From the NCBI GenBank assembly GCA_963776275.1, contig CAVZMI010000020.1, positions 1 to 64,000 on the forward strand: a stretch of 64,000 nt of DNA, in the 5' to 3' direction. This DNA comes from Ignavibacteriota bacterium. GTDB lineage: Bacteria; Bacteroidota; Ignavibacteria; UBA10030; CAVZMI01. How positions within the stretch are numbered: position 1 is the first letter of the stretch; each line of letters starts with the position of its first letter. The notes beneath the pieces were generated by a model that did no database searches, was not told the origin of the DNA, and saw only the letters and a list, made by a program, of their open reading frames with translations. The position numbers were made by a program, and so were the translations under genes. Below are positions 1 through 9,917 of this stretch, piece by piece.

Positions 1-850
1 TATGTGCCCTCTACTGGTTCGTTACGTATTGGGATACGATAGAGAAATCCGATTTTCGCTCCTATTCCGGAAACATCCTGATTCTTTGTACTGGTTAGCT
101 TGAGACCTTGCCATCCGGAGCTAATTCCTTCCTTGTAATTCCGGTAATACCCATGTGGATCACTTTCTACGATTTCGCGATTGTAAGAATAGTGCCTGAA
201 TAAATGTCGAGTGAAGCTCCAAGAAAAAGATTCTGCGCCGCTTCGATGGCACCGGCAAATGCCCAGCTTCCCAACCGACCTTCTTCAAGTATTGTGGCAA
301 CCTGATCCACATTTCCGCGAATTCGGATATTTCCCAATGTGTCTTCAAGAAAAAGATTATAAGCCATATCACCGCTTATACTCGACGGATCTATATACAT
401 AGAGCTAGTGACGGAACTGTTTTGATTGAAGCCATGTGCAGATACTGCTGCGGTAAAATCTTGAGGGCGATTATATCCGACGGCAAATGCGAGACTTCCC
501 CGTCTTGTCGCCATTGGAATGACAACACCGATTGATCCAAGACTTGTCACGCTGTTTGTATAGTTTTGAACTGAATTTATATATGTTGCATCATTACTGA
601 CATTGATATTATCGAATCCACCGGTGAATTCAAATTGATGAATCTGACCGAGTCCCGCCGGATTCCAGTATATAGCAGAAAAATCATCGGCGACGCCGAC
701 ATATGCACCACCCATGCCCATTGCCCGGGCTCCCGAACCAAGATTCGCAAACGAATATCTAAGTGCGTCTATAGGATATTGTGCCTGCACTGAAGAGACG
801 GCGCACACAATAAAAGCGATGATTATCGTGAAACGAGAAATGCGAACCAT
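1..850 (-). CDS. FadL/OmpP1-family outer-membrane protein, runs off window; frameshift near 190
   Basis: Signal peptide then GSGARAMGMGGAYVGVADDFSAIYWNPAGL, the typical FadL/TodX-like N-terminus. After GASLDIYSG the reading continues in another frame (SYNREIVESD...GAKIGFLYRIP), open to base 1. Confidence 0.75.
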
Positions 851-915
851 TGTGACTGCTCCTTCCCAAAAAATTTTATAGCCTCTGAGACTCCCCTTGA
901 GGTATCAATTGACCT

Positions 916-1779
916 TTATCGGCCGCGGCCGCCTCCACTGCGATCGCCTCCACCACTACGAGTGCCACCGCCACCACGATCACCGCCACTGCTTCCACCA
1001 CTGCTGCGTGTTCCACTATCGTGGGATGGAGGTGATGGAGGAGGCGTGTATTGCCTACCTTCTGTACGACCGCGTCCACTATTACTCTGACCTGTAGCGT
1101 TGCCGTCACGGCTGCGTCCGGTGTTGCTGGGTGATTTTCTCACCGATGCTTGGCGCGGCTGTTGTGCTGTACCGGGCTTATTGGCCGGCTGTTGCCGTAC
1201 CGAAGCGCCATTCGTACCGGTGTTGTTAACTCCAGCAGCCGATGGAAGATTGACAGTTGGAGTGGTTTGGAATCCTGTCCGACCGGCATCTCGTCCGCCA
1301 CCGAATGGACTTGTGTCAGAAATTCGTCCACGTCCTTGACCGAAAGGACTTCTCCTGTCGTTAGAACTTGAAGAGTGATAATAACCTTTTGAATTACCTC
1401 CCCAATACCACGGATTATAATAATAAGAGTAATATCCACCCCAACCACCATAGTATGGAGAATACCAGGAATTATACCAGGGATCATACCAGCCATAATC
1501 GTACCAGGGATCGTATGACCAGTTCCAGTAATAAGTCGGATAATAAAAGGAAAAGAAGCGGTAACGGCTAAAAGAATCATATCCATAGAAGTTGTCATCA
1601 TAGCCACCATACCGATCATGGGAGTACGTGGGCGTTCCCGTTGTGTCATCACTAACGTTTTCATTGTATGGCGAGTACTCGTCACGGACCGATCCGACCT
1701 GTGTATAACATCCTGCCATTAGCAGACCCACCGCCATGACGACTATCGTCAATCCAAGTTTCTTTACTGCAATTTTCAT
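916..1779 (-). CDS. Low-complexity lipoprotein (Tyr/Trp/Asp-rich middle, Gly/Arg/Ser-rich tail)
   Basis: Lipobox LMAGC, YYPTYYWNWSYDPWYDYGWYDPWY segment and GGDRGGGGTRSGGG tail. Lies upstream of and co-oriented with the FadL-like gene. Confidence 0.7.
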   Translation of the reverse strand: MKIAVKKLGLTIVVMAVGLLMAGCYTQVGSVRDEYSPYNENVSDDTTGTPTYSHDRYGGYDDNFYGYDSFSRYRFFSFYYPTYYWNWSYDPWYDYGWYDPWYNSWYSPYYGGWGGYYSYYYNPWYWGGNSKGYYHSSSSNDRRSPFGQGRGRISDTSPFGGGRDAGRTGFQTTPTVNLPSAAGVNNTGTNGASVRQQPANKPGTAQQPRQASVRKSPSNTGRSRDGNATGQSNSGRGRTEGRQYTPPPSPPSHDSGTRSSGGSSGGDRGGGGTRSGGGDRSGGGRGR

Positions 1780-2015
1780 TGTATTACCCTCTCTTTCAAA
1801 CAGTCTGATAGAACTTCAGCCTGCATATATTAGAACAACAACAGTGCCAACAAGTTTCAATGAATAAATAAAAAAGCCCTTTAATATGGGCTGTAAATGC
1901 AACTTTTATGAGTCATACGGGGAATGAAAATTGATCTCTTTTAAAAGTGTGCATTCTAATAGACACTAGAACCTTTATCCGTGCATTTTTGAACACAGTA
2001 CACATGGAGGCAGAT

Positions 2016-2799
2016 TCAGAGATTTTTTACATACTCAATCCGAAGGATTCGATTTCCCACTTGAATGTTATCTTGATTTTTAATCAGATTTTTTAGTCCA
2101 ACCCCTATTGTAAATCCGCTTCCCATCGACCATGATGCATATGCGTTGAGGTACCCTTTCCCTTTCCCAAGAGAACGAATGGTATTATCATTGAGCGCAA
2201 TGTTATATTCCAGGAGCAAGGAGAAAGTCGGAACTTATACTTTTTTCAATCCCGAGATATCCATTGAAATCTTTATCACCATCGGCTCTTTCGAGACTAT
2301 AATTCACACCACAGTGGAAACTCAATGTCCCTAGGAATGAATAATTCTTGCTGAGCCCGGCAAAGACACCCGGCGACTTAATTGTATATCGGGAAGTACT
2401 GTCGATATATGGTTCACGGCCCTGATTATCGAATCCGATTACAAGTGCCGGGAAATTGACAGATTCTTCGAAAATACGAAATTTGATAAGAAATCCCGGT
2501 GCCGGATTGAAATGAGCCTGTTCCGAACCGATTAAATGGTAACCGCCATATGATATTCCCAGTGTCAACCGATCTAAGAGGCCATATGAAAAACCGAAAA
2601 GGATTCCCCCCTGTTGAAAAAATTCCGCATCAAAAGCAAGCTGGCTTTTTTTGAGTATTCCGGCAGTCGGCATGTCGATAATATATCGCGGCTCGACCGA
2701 CGCATCAGAACCTGCACTTCCTGAAATTACCTGTCCCTGGCCGGATGAAACTAGAAGAAAAAAAATGATAAGTGTAGAAAAAATTTTATGTTGTTTCAC
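2016..2799 (-). CDS. Putative outer-membrane beta-barrel protein (YjbH-like); frameshift near 2225
   Basis: ORFs 2203..2991 and 2016..2219 join into one protein: signal peptide, IDMPTAG motif, alternating beta-strand pattern ending RIEYVKNL. Start chosen at GTG 2799 (uncertain). Confidence 0.55.
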
Positions 2800-2899
2800 G
2801 ATATTTCTTTTCAGAAATATATGCACAATCATACCTGTTAGAATTAATAATATGTTTTGGATTCGCCTGTATAAGTAAAAAAGGAAATAAAAAATTTTC

Positions 2900-4363
2900 T
2901 TATTGTGAAATTCTTTTCCATCTTGTCCCTTCCTTGCTATCTTCAAGAATGATACCCATATGTTGCAACCGATCGCGTATGATATCAGCAATATCCCAGA
3001 GTTTCTGTTTTCGTGCTTCGGCCCGGAGTTCGATAAGAAGATTCATGAGCGCCTCTTCTTCGGGAGCCCCCGCCTGCCGCACAGGCATACTCTCGGGAAT
3101 TATCCCCAGTACACCACCGCCAAATTCCTTAAAAAATTCATCGATTTGTCTCAATACTTCTTTCTCCGGAGGCTTGTCTGCATTCAGAAGCGAATTCACT
3201 TCATGACTTAAATCAAACAGCACGGCGATTGCCTGCGGTGTATTGAAATCATCATCCATTGCTTCGAGGAAGCGTTGTTTGTACTCCGCAAGATTGATGA
3301 AAACCTGCCCACCGGGTGCATTCTTATCAATCTGGACTCTGAGACTCCGAATTGTATTCTGCAATTTCTCCAACCCTTTTGCTGCACTGTTAATAGCCGT
3401 ATCGCTGAAATCGAGCGGACTGCGGTAGTGGCTTTGCAGCACGAAGAATCGAATAACAAGCGGTTCCCATTTTTTAAATGCATCTTTCAGGCTAATTGAA
3501 TTCCCCAGCGATTTTCCCATTTTCACGCCGTCGACCGTTACCATATTATGATGAAGCCAGTACTTTGCAAATTGTTTCCCTGTCGCTCCTTCACTCTGAG
3601 CAATCTCGCATTCATGGTGCGGAAATTGATTTTCAATCCCTCCACCGTGAATATCTATTCCCCCGTCAGGTGGAATACCCAGATATCTCATTGACATTGC
3701 AGAACACTCGATATGCCAACCCGGATAACCGTCGCCCCAGGGACTCGACCACCGGAGAATATGTCCGCCTTCGGCTTTTTTCCAGAGTGCAAAGTCGGCC
3801 GGATGGCGTTTTTCACTGCGTACGCCTACACGCGCACCCGCCTCCATTTCTTCAACGCTCCTGCCTGAAAGTCTTCCATACCCCTTGAACGCTTGAATGC
3901 TAAAGTACACCGACCCATTAACTTCGTATGCGAGTTCTTTCCCGATGAGAATTTTAATCAAATCGATCTGCTCGGAAATATGTCCTGATGCCCGGGGTGA
4001 TATATCGGCTCGCATGATACCCAATGCGTCCATATCTTCATAATAACTGCGCATATACATTTCGGCAAGTTGCATCGGATGCATTTTACCCTGATGCGAT
4101 TGTTTTTCAATTTTATCTTCGCCCTCGTCCGCATCATCGGTCAGATGGCCGACATCGGTGATGTTCTGGACATAGAGCACCTTATAACCCAGAAAGCGAA
4201 GATAGCGTAGAATCACATCGAATGAGAGATAACTTTTTGCATGACCGATATGGCTGTGGTCATATACCGTTGGTCCGCACACGTACATTCCGACGCGGCC
4301 GGCGACATATGGGACAAAATCTTCTTTAGTGCGGGTGAGGGTGTTATAAACCTTAAGTGGCAT
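2900..4363 (-). CDS. cysS: Cysteine--tRNA ligase
   Basis: YVCGPTVY, HIGH, PGWHIECSAM, DIHGGG..FPHHE and KMGKS motifs. Confidence 0.98.
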   Translation of the reverse strand: MPLKVYNTLTRTKEDFVPYVAGRVGMYVCGPTVYDHSHIGHAKSYLSFDVILRYLRFLGYKVLYVQNITDVGHLTDDADEGEDKIEKQSHQGKMHPMQLAEMYMRSYYEDMDALGIMRADISPRASGHISEQIDLIKILIGKELAYEVNGSVYFSIQAFKGYGRLSGRSVEEMEAGARVGVRSEKRHPADFALWKKAEGGHILRWSSPWGDGYPGWHIECSAMSMRYLGIPPDGGIDIHGGGIENQFPHHECEIAQSEGATGKQFAKYWLHHNMVTVDGVKMGKSLGNSISLKDAFKKWEPLVIRFFVLQSHYRSPLDFSDTAINSAAKGLEKLQNTIRSLRVQIDKNAPGGQVFINLAEYKQRFLEAMDDDFNTPQAIAVLFDLSHEVNSLLNADKPPEKEVLRQIDEFFKEFGGGVLGIIPESMPVRQAGAPEEEALMNLLIELRAEARKQKLWDIADIIRDRLQHMGIILEDSKEGTRWKRISQ

Positions 4364-4412
4364 AGTGATTTTTATATTATTTCGAATATCGCTCTTATCA
4401 GAGCTCGGTGTT

Positions 4413-6131
4413 TTATCCTTCTGTAATTCTTTCTTTTAATTTTATTAATTCTCGTGCTCCTTCGAGACCCGCCTCGGTTATTTCAGTGCCGCTCATAAGT
4501 TTTGCGACCTCTTCCACCCGGTCTTCAAGCGACAATTTCCGGACAGTGGTCACAGTTCTTTTCCCGTCGCTTTTCTTTTCCACCGTATAATGCGCGTCGG
4601 CACAGCCCGCAATCTGCGGAAGATGGGTGATGCATATAATCTGATGAAAACTTGAGAGATTCTTGAGGCTTTGGCCCACTGCCAGGGCGATACGACCGCT
4701 CACACCGACATCGATTTCATCGAACACCAGAACCGGCAACCGATCTGATTTTGCAAGGATGCTTTTCATCGCAAGCATGATTCTTGAGATCTCACCTCCA
4801 GATGCGATTTTCGTCAGAGGTTTCGGATCTTCTCCGGGATTAGTGCTGATATAGAATTCCACAATATCGATCCCTTTGGCGGTTGCGAAAAACGATTGTT
4901 TCCCAAAGCGGACATATCCATTGCTGTCCGGTTGTTGAGTGATCCGGACATCAAAGACTGATGATGGAATTCCAAGATGGATCAGCTCTGCAGCAATAGA
5001 TTTCTTGACCTTCTTGGCAATCTCATAGCGTTTTTCCGAGAGCCGCTTTGCAGCATCGGAACAGAGCTTTCGTTCCTCTTCGATTCTTTTTGTATATGAT
5101 ATGATTTCCTCATCAAAATTCTCGGCTAATGCCACCTCGCGCCCAATAACCTCGCGATGAGCCAGGATTGCTTCAACCGAACCCCCATATTTCTTCTTTA
5201 ATAGCGCGAGCTGTCCCAGTCGCGACCGGATTTCTTCAAGACGTTCAGGATTAAATTCAATTTTCGAATTATATTGCTGAACAAATTTTGTCAATTCGTT
5301 AATCAGAACAGTTGCAGATTGACACTCGGCAAAGCGTTCATGAAATGACGGATCGATACGTGAAAGATCCTCAAGCTGATTCCGGATAAGGACGAGCTGA
5401 TCGTGTATCGAATTTTCCTCTCCGTATAATCGCTGGTAGAGTTGCCCGGTAGTTTCAAATAACTTTTCGGAATTTTCTAGTATCCGAAATTCGGCTTCCA
5501 TTTCCTCTTCTTCGCCCAGATGAAGTCCGAGTACATCGATTTCTTTCATTTGAAATTCATAAAGATCACGCCGCTCCTTCAACTGCGCACCTCGTCTCTG
5601 CAGTGCATCCCGTTCAGTCATCAATGTCGTCATTCGATGATATGAAGCCGAGACTTCTTTCTGTAGAGAATCGAGTCCACCAAAATCATCGAGCATATCG
5701 ATGTGTGTATCGACTTGAAGAAGCGATTGATGGTCATGCTGACCATGCAAATCGATTAAAAAATCACCGACAGATGACAGGAAGGCAAGTGTCACAGGAC
5801 TGTCGTTAATAAAACACCTGCTCTGTCCTTTACTTGAAATCTCCCGACGGAGTATCAGCGAATTATCGTTCCATTCGATTTCATTTCCTTCGATTAACTT
5901 TTGTACTTTTGAATTTCCCGTGATGTTGAATGTCCCTTCAACGATTGCCTTGTCGGCTCCCTTGCGTATTTCATCAATGCTTGCCCGTGTTCCAAGGATA
6001 AGACTCAGAGCGTCGATGATAATCGATTTCCCTGCGCCTGTTTCGCCGGTAAGAATATTGAGGCCGCTGTCGAACGCGATAGCGAGTTCGTCAATGAGCG
6101 CATAATTCTTTATATTCAGTGTAGTGAGCAT
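4413..6131 (-). CDS. recN: DNA repair protein RecN
   Basis: LTGETGAGKS Walker A, IDLHGQH, ASGGEISR signature, FDEIDVGVSG, ITHLPQIA. Confidence 0.97.
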   Translation of the reverse strand: MLTTLNIKNYALIDELAIAFDSGLNILTGETGAGKSIIIDALSLILGTRASIDEIRKGADKAIVEGTFNITGNSKVQKLIEGNEIEWNDNSLILRREISSKGQSRCFINDSPVTLAFLSSVGDFLIDLHGQHDHQSLLQVDTHIDMLDDFGGLDSLQKEVSASYHRMTTLMTERDALQRRGAQLKERRDLYEFQMKEIDVLGLHLGEEEEMEAEFRILENSEKLFETTGQLYQRLYGEENSIHDQLVLIRNQLEDLSRIDPSFHERFAECQSATVLINELTKFVQQYNSKIEFNPERLEEIRSRLGQLALLKKKYGGSVEAILAHREVIGREVALAENFDEEIISYTKRIEEERKLCSDAAKRLSEKRYEIAKKVKKSIAAELIHLGIPSSVFDVRITQQPDSNGYVRFGKQSFFATAKGIDIVEFYISTNPGEDPKPLTKIASGGEISRIMLAMKSILAKSDRLPVLVFDEIDVGVSGRIALAVGQSLKNLSSFHQIICITHLPQIAGCADAHYTVEKKSDGKRTVTTVRKLSLEDRVEEVAKLMSGTEITEAGLEGARELIKLKERITEG

Positions 6132-6256
6132 TGATAAGAGGAAATGTATTCAATCCAATTTATCGAAATTTTCATGAAATTCAATAAGAGGAAAGAGAAT
6201 CGAAAATCCGGCACCCCTGCGATTCGTCATACCCTACAAGTCGTTGAGAATAGTTA

Positions 6257-7058
6257 TTAATTAGGAGAGAGTGAATGAGATTCGTTTTCTGATGTATCGA
6301 AGCGTATCTCGGGGATATCGGCAATAATACCGTAGTAGAACGAATAACGAAAGAATTCACTGATAGAATCTACAGCCTCCTCATTGAATTCGTAGGAGAA
6401 TTGGTGCAGATATTCGTCGGATATTCCGGGATGGGTAATATTCCTTGTGATCGAATCCAGGTTTTGAATTCCATGTTCTCTGGCGCTCAGGAGAGAGCGG
6501 CGATCATCGAGATTCAATGCATTCAGTCTATATCCCCAGAAACCGTGAATATACGGAAGTTCTGTGAGGTCGGTCCGATTCGTCAACGAGATCGAGTCTG
6601 CGGGCTTCATCCTTCAAATTAAAAATGGCATTTCCCACCAGGAGTGCAGCATCAGCCTTTGTAAGCATCGCACGCAGATCGGGCATCATTGGAATAAATT
6701 GTGGATTGATATCGTATTTTTCGGCCAGAATAATCCGTGTCAGCACGATTTCCGATGTCACCCCAATATCCACGGCGACCGTCGAGATTGAAGAAAGGCC
6801 CGAACGAAAAAAAAGTGCAATGGCATTTGATTCATCCTTACTTGATACAGCGACACGTGGGAGGATTAGGTAATCCGAGCTCTCGCGAGCATAATCAATT
6901 GGTGTGAGGAGTGCTCCGTCGACTTCGCCATTACGGAGTTTCATTACATTTGCAGCGGAGAGAGCATATATCAGTTCAAAAAGCGATGCATCGTGCATCA
7001 ACCCATACGTCAACGGAGCGACGTACAGATGATACGGGACTGCAAGTCTCTTACGCAT
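6257..7058 (-). CDS. mqnA: Stand-alone MqnA-like chorismate dehydratase / periplasmic-binding-fold protein; frameshift at ~6577
   Basis: GEVDGALL, DAALLVGN and, after removing one base, DLVDEWTDLTELPYIHGFW, matching the MqnA family. Joins ORFs 6528..7103 and 6257..6610. Confidence 0.7.
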
Positions 7059-7068
7059 GATGGGCCGA

Positions 7069-7407
7069 TCATGTGGTCTTCTGGCGAACGGCTTTCGATG
7101 CAAGCGCTCGGAGGTAATATAACTTTGCCCGGCGTACGCGTCCTTCTTTCACCCGTTCAATCTTCGCTATACGAGGTGAATGAATCGGGAAAATACGCTC
7201 CACTCCGACGCCGTCTGAGACTTTACGGACGGTGATTGTCTCGCGTAATCCGCTTCCGCGCCGGCTGATCACAACACCCTGGAATTGTTGAATTCGCTCT
7301 TTATCGCCTTCGATGACACGCACATGGATATTAACTGTATCGCCGGAACGAAATTCTGGAATATCGGTTTTCATCTGTGCTGCTTCAACAAGTGCTACTT
7401 TGTTCAT
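7069..7407 (-). CDS. rplS: 50S ribosomal protein L19
   Basis: [29 protein letters not shown]. Confidence 0.98.
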   Translation of the reverse strand: MNKVALVEAAQMKTDIPEFRSGDTVNIHVRVIEGDKERIQQFQGVVISRRGSGLRETITVRKVSDGVGVERIFPIHSPRIAKIERVKEGRVRRAKLYYLRALASKAVRQKTT

Positions 7408-7444
7408 TGTTCTCACTCTCCATAAAAATAATGAATTTTGACTC

Positions 7445-7681
7445 TAGTGTCGAGTACCAAAAATAACTCAACTTGTGTCGAGCATCAGTCGAGACACGAG
7501 TGCCCTAACAACATTTCGTTCCTACGAAAACAGGGCACAGTACCATTCCAACTATTAAATTCATTTAGAATTATATAATTGGAACGGTGGAAATTTATAG
7601 GATTAAAACTGACGGAAATCGTATGGAATAGCATTATATGGCACTCCGACTTATTCAAGTTATTTTTGAATCGAGACACTA
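7445..7681. repeat. MITE-like / structured element with imperfect terminal inverted repeats
   Basis: Left end tagtgtc-gagtac-caaaaataact; reverse complement of right end tagtgtc-tcgatt-caaaaataact. Internal hairpins at 7500-7538 and 7542-7588. Confidence 0.5.
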
Positions 7682-7695
7682 TCGTACAGCTGACT

Positions 7696-7751
7696 TGCCT
7701 CGCTGAGTCCGCCTCGTCGAGCCTCGGCGAGACGGGCTCGGCGAAGCGGGA
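7696..7751. repeat. GC-rich nested REP-like palindrome
   Basis: gcctcgctgag[tccgcctcgtcgagcctcggcgagacggg]ctcggcgaagc folds as one long imperfect hairpin made of two similar units. Confidence 0.6.
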
Positions 7752-7776
7752 CTATTTCACCGTGCTTCAATGTTTT

Positions 7777-8454
7777 TCATCGAATCAAATCCTTGCGGCG
7801 CTCCTCAGTTCTTTCTCTGATTTTTTCTTCGCGCCACGCCTCGATCTCGCTATGATTTCCCGAAAGAAGAACTTCCGGTACTTTCATCCCACGGTATTCC
7901 GGGGGTCGCGTGTAATGCGGATGATCGAGTTGTCCGCTTTGAAACGAATCTTTCAGCGCCGATTCACCGTCTCCAAGAACTCCTGGGATCAACCGTACGA
8001 CGGCATCAACAAGCACAAGAGCAGGAAGCTCGCCTCCGCTGAGTACATAATCACCGATCGATATCTCTCGAGTCGCCAATCCCTGTCTGACCCTGTCATC
8101 CACTCCCTTATAATGCCCACAGAGTATGACTAGCGATTCCAGGAGCGACAGCTGGTTAGCCAGTGATTGTGTGAGTTGCTTGCCTTCGGGCGACATCAAA
8201 ATTACTTCATCGATATTTCGCGCGGTTCGTATTTTATCAAGACATTCAAAGAACGGTTCGGGTTTCAGAATCATCCCGGGGCCGCCTCCATACGGAGTGT
8301 CGTCGATCGTCTTATGACGATCGTGGGTGTAATCCCGAAGATCATGAACGATAATGTCAATAAGTCTTTTTTTCTGTGCCTGCCTGATGATGCTTTCGTT
8401 GAGCGGACTTTCAATTAGCTTCGGGAATCCGGTTATAATTTCAATTCTCATCAT
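7777..8454 (-). CDS. trmD: tRNA (guanine-N1)-methyltransferase
   Basis: DDTPYGGGPGM, LCGHYKGVDDR, SIGDYVLSGGE, YTRP, VPEVLLSGNH. Confidence 0.98.
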   Translation of the reverse strand: MMRIEIITGFPKLIESPLNESIIRQAQKKRLIDIIVHDLRDYTHDRHKTIDDTPYGGGPGMILKPEPFFECLDKIRTARNIDEVILMSPEGKQLTQSLANQLSLLESLVILCGHYKGVDDRVRQGLATREISIGDYVLSGGELPALVLVDAVVRLIPGVLGDGESALKDSFQSGQLDHPHYTRPPEYRGMKVPEVLLSGNHSEIEAWREEKIRERTEERRKDLIR

Positions 8455-8469
8455 CTGACCCTTCCTCTC

Positions 8470-8991
8470 TTAGATCTCGAGGAGGCCATCAGGCACATGA
8501 ATAACCATCATTCTCTGTTCAAGATCGACGTTTTGTACCACACTCGGAATTGCGGGGATAAGAACTTCACGTTTACCCCGATGAACCACATACACATGAT
8601 GTGCAGGAAGCATCAACACATCGGTTATTATCCCGATCATCATACCCTGCTCATCTGTAACCTTCATCCCGATGATATCACTGATGAACCATGTCCGCGG
8701 CGGGAGTTCTATCCTATGATCCCGGTCCACGAAAAGAAAATGCCCCACACTGCGTTTTGCTTCAGTTCGTGTTCCGATCCCCTCTATAAGGACGAGGATA
8801 TAAGAACCCTTCACCCGGATTTTCTGGATTGACCTGCAGTTTTCTGCTGTATCATCGGACCCGATCCACACGGTCATTCCCTGCGTGAATCTCTTTAACG
8901 AGTGCGTCATCGGAGCTATTTTCACTTCGCCGTTGATACCGAAAACACCAACGATCTTTCCGATCGCTACGAGATCCTGTTTTGCACTCAT
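8470..8991 (-). CDS. rimM: Ribosome maturation factor RimM
   Basis: IGKIVGVFGINGEVK N-terminus, EVLIPAI...VDLE C-terminus, position between khpA and trmD. Confidence 0.95.
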   Translation of the reverse strand: MSAKQDLVAIGKIVGVFGINGEVKIAPMTHSLKRFTQGMTVWIGSDDTAENCRSIQKIRVKGSYILVLIEGIGTRTEAKRSVGHFLFVDRDHRIELPPRTWFISDIIGMKVTDEQGMMIGIITDVLMLPAHHVYVVHRGKREVLIPAIPSVVQNVDLEQRMMVIHVPDGLLEI

Positions 8992-9012
8992 GACTTCGCA
9001 GAGCTATCGATG

Positions 9013-9243
9013 TTAATCCTGAATTTCCAGGATTGCACGTTTCCTTTCCTTTGCCGCGACCGCACTCAAGAGAACACGCATCGCCTGTGCAGTTCTTCCC
9101 TTCCGTCCTATGATCTTGCCTATATCGCCTTCTCCGACCTTGAGCTTGAAAACGGTCTTGTTGTCTTTTTCTTCTTGCTCAAGGACGACGCCATCAGGAT
9201 GGTCGACAAGACTCTTTGCGATGTATTCTATGAACTCCCTCAT
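9013..9243 (-). CDS. khpA: KH-domain RNA-binding protein
   Basis: DIGKIIGRKGRTAQAMR motif; canonical position between rpsP and rimM. Confidence 0.93.
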   Translation of the reverse strand: MREFIEYIAKSLVDHPDGVVLEQEEKDNKTVFKLKVGEGDIGKIIGRKGRTAQAMRVLLSAVAAKERKRAILEIQD

Positions 9244-9431
9244 GGCATGACCTCCTTATCTAACAGGTTTCAAGACCTCTCCTTCCACCAATGTTTATGA
9301 GCTTAAACAACAGGTCACTCCCCATGCCAGCCCTTATTGAGTACAAAAGGCGGACTGGCGTCTATGGCGGAATTGAACTCTCACGGTCACTCTCAATGTA
9401 TGGAGCTTCGGGCGAACTCTCTTCCTTTCAA

Positions 9432-9878
9432 TTATTCGGCAGCCGGAGTATCAGATGCCGCAGAAGTATCTGGTTCAGCCGGTTGTTCCTGTTGGGCGGT
9501 TTTCTTTTTCCGCTCAGAACGACGGGCTTTCCGTTCTGTCTCACGGCGCGCTTTCTCAGCCTGAAGAGCTTCCCACTTGCTCAGTTCTTCGGTGATCCTC
9601 GCTTCGTCAGTCCCTTTTTTCATCAAGCTCCACTTCAACCAGATGCCTTTACGACTGAGAAGGTTACGCACAGTATCCGACGGTTGTGCTCCTCGTTTCA
9701 ACCAGTATAGAACACGAGTTTCCTTTACAGATATTCCCATCGGTTGTTCCAACGGCACATACTGGCCGAGTGTTTCAATGAATTTTCCATCACGCGGTGA
9801 ACGACTATCAGCGGCAACAATCGTATAGATCGGCTTTTTCTTTCGTCCACTTCGACGTAAACGTAATCGTACTGACAA
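9432..9878 (-). CDS. rpsP: 30S ribosomal protein S16 with C-terminal extension
   Basis: VRLRLRRSGRKKKPIY, ADSRSPRDGKFIE, GAQPSDTV. Confidence 0.97.
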   Translation of the reverse strand: MSVRLRLRRSGRKKKPIYTIVAADSRSPRDGKFIETLGQYVPLEQPMGISVKETRVLYWLKRGAQPSDTVRNLLSRKGIWLKWSLMKKGTDEARITEELSKWEALQAEKARRETERKARRSERKKKTAQQEQPAEPDTSAASDTPAAE

Positions 9879-9917
9879 CGGACATCTCCTTATAGTATGA
9901 AATGTATATACAACAGT

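Noticed and set aside
7485-8133. ORFs 7485..7679 and 7579..8133
   Set aside because: They overlap the inverted-repeat element or are antisense to trmD; no recognisable protein features.
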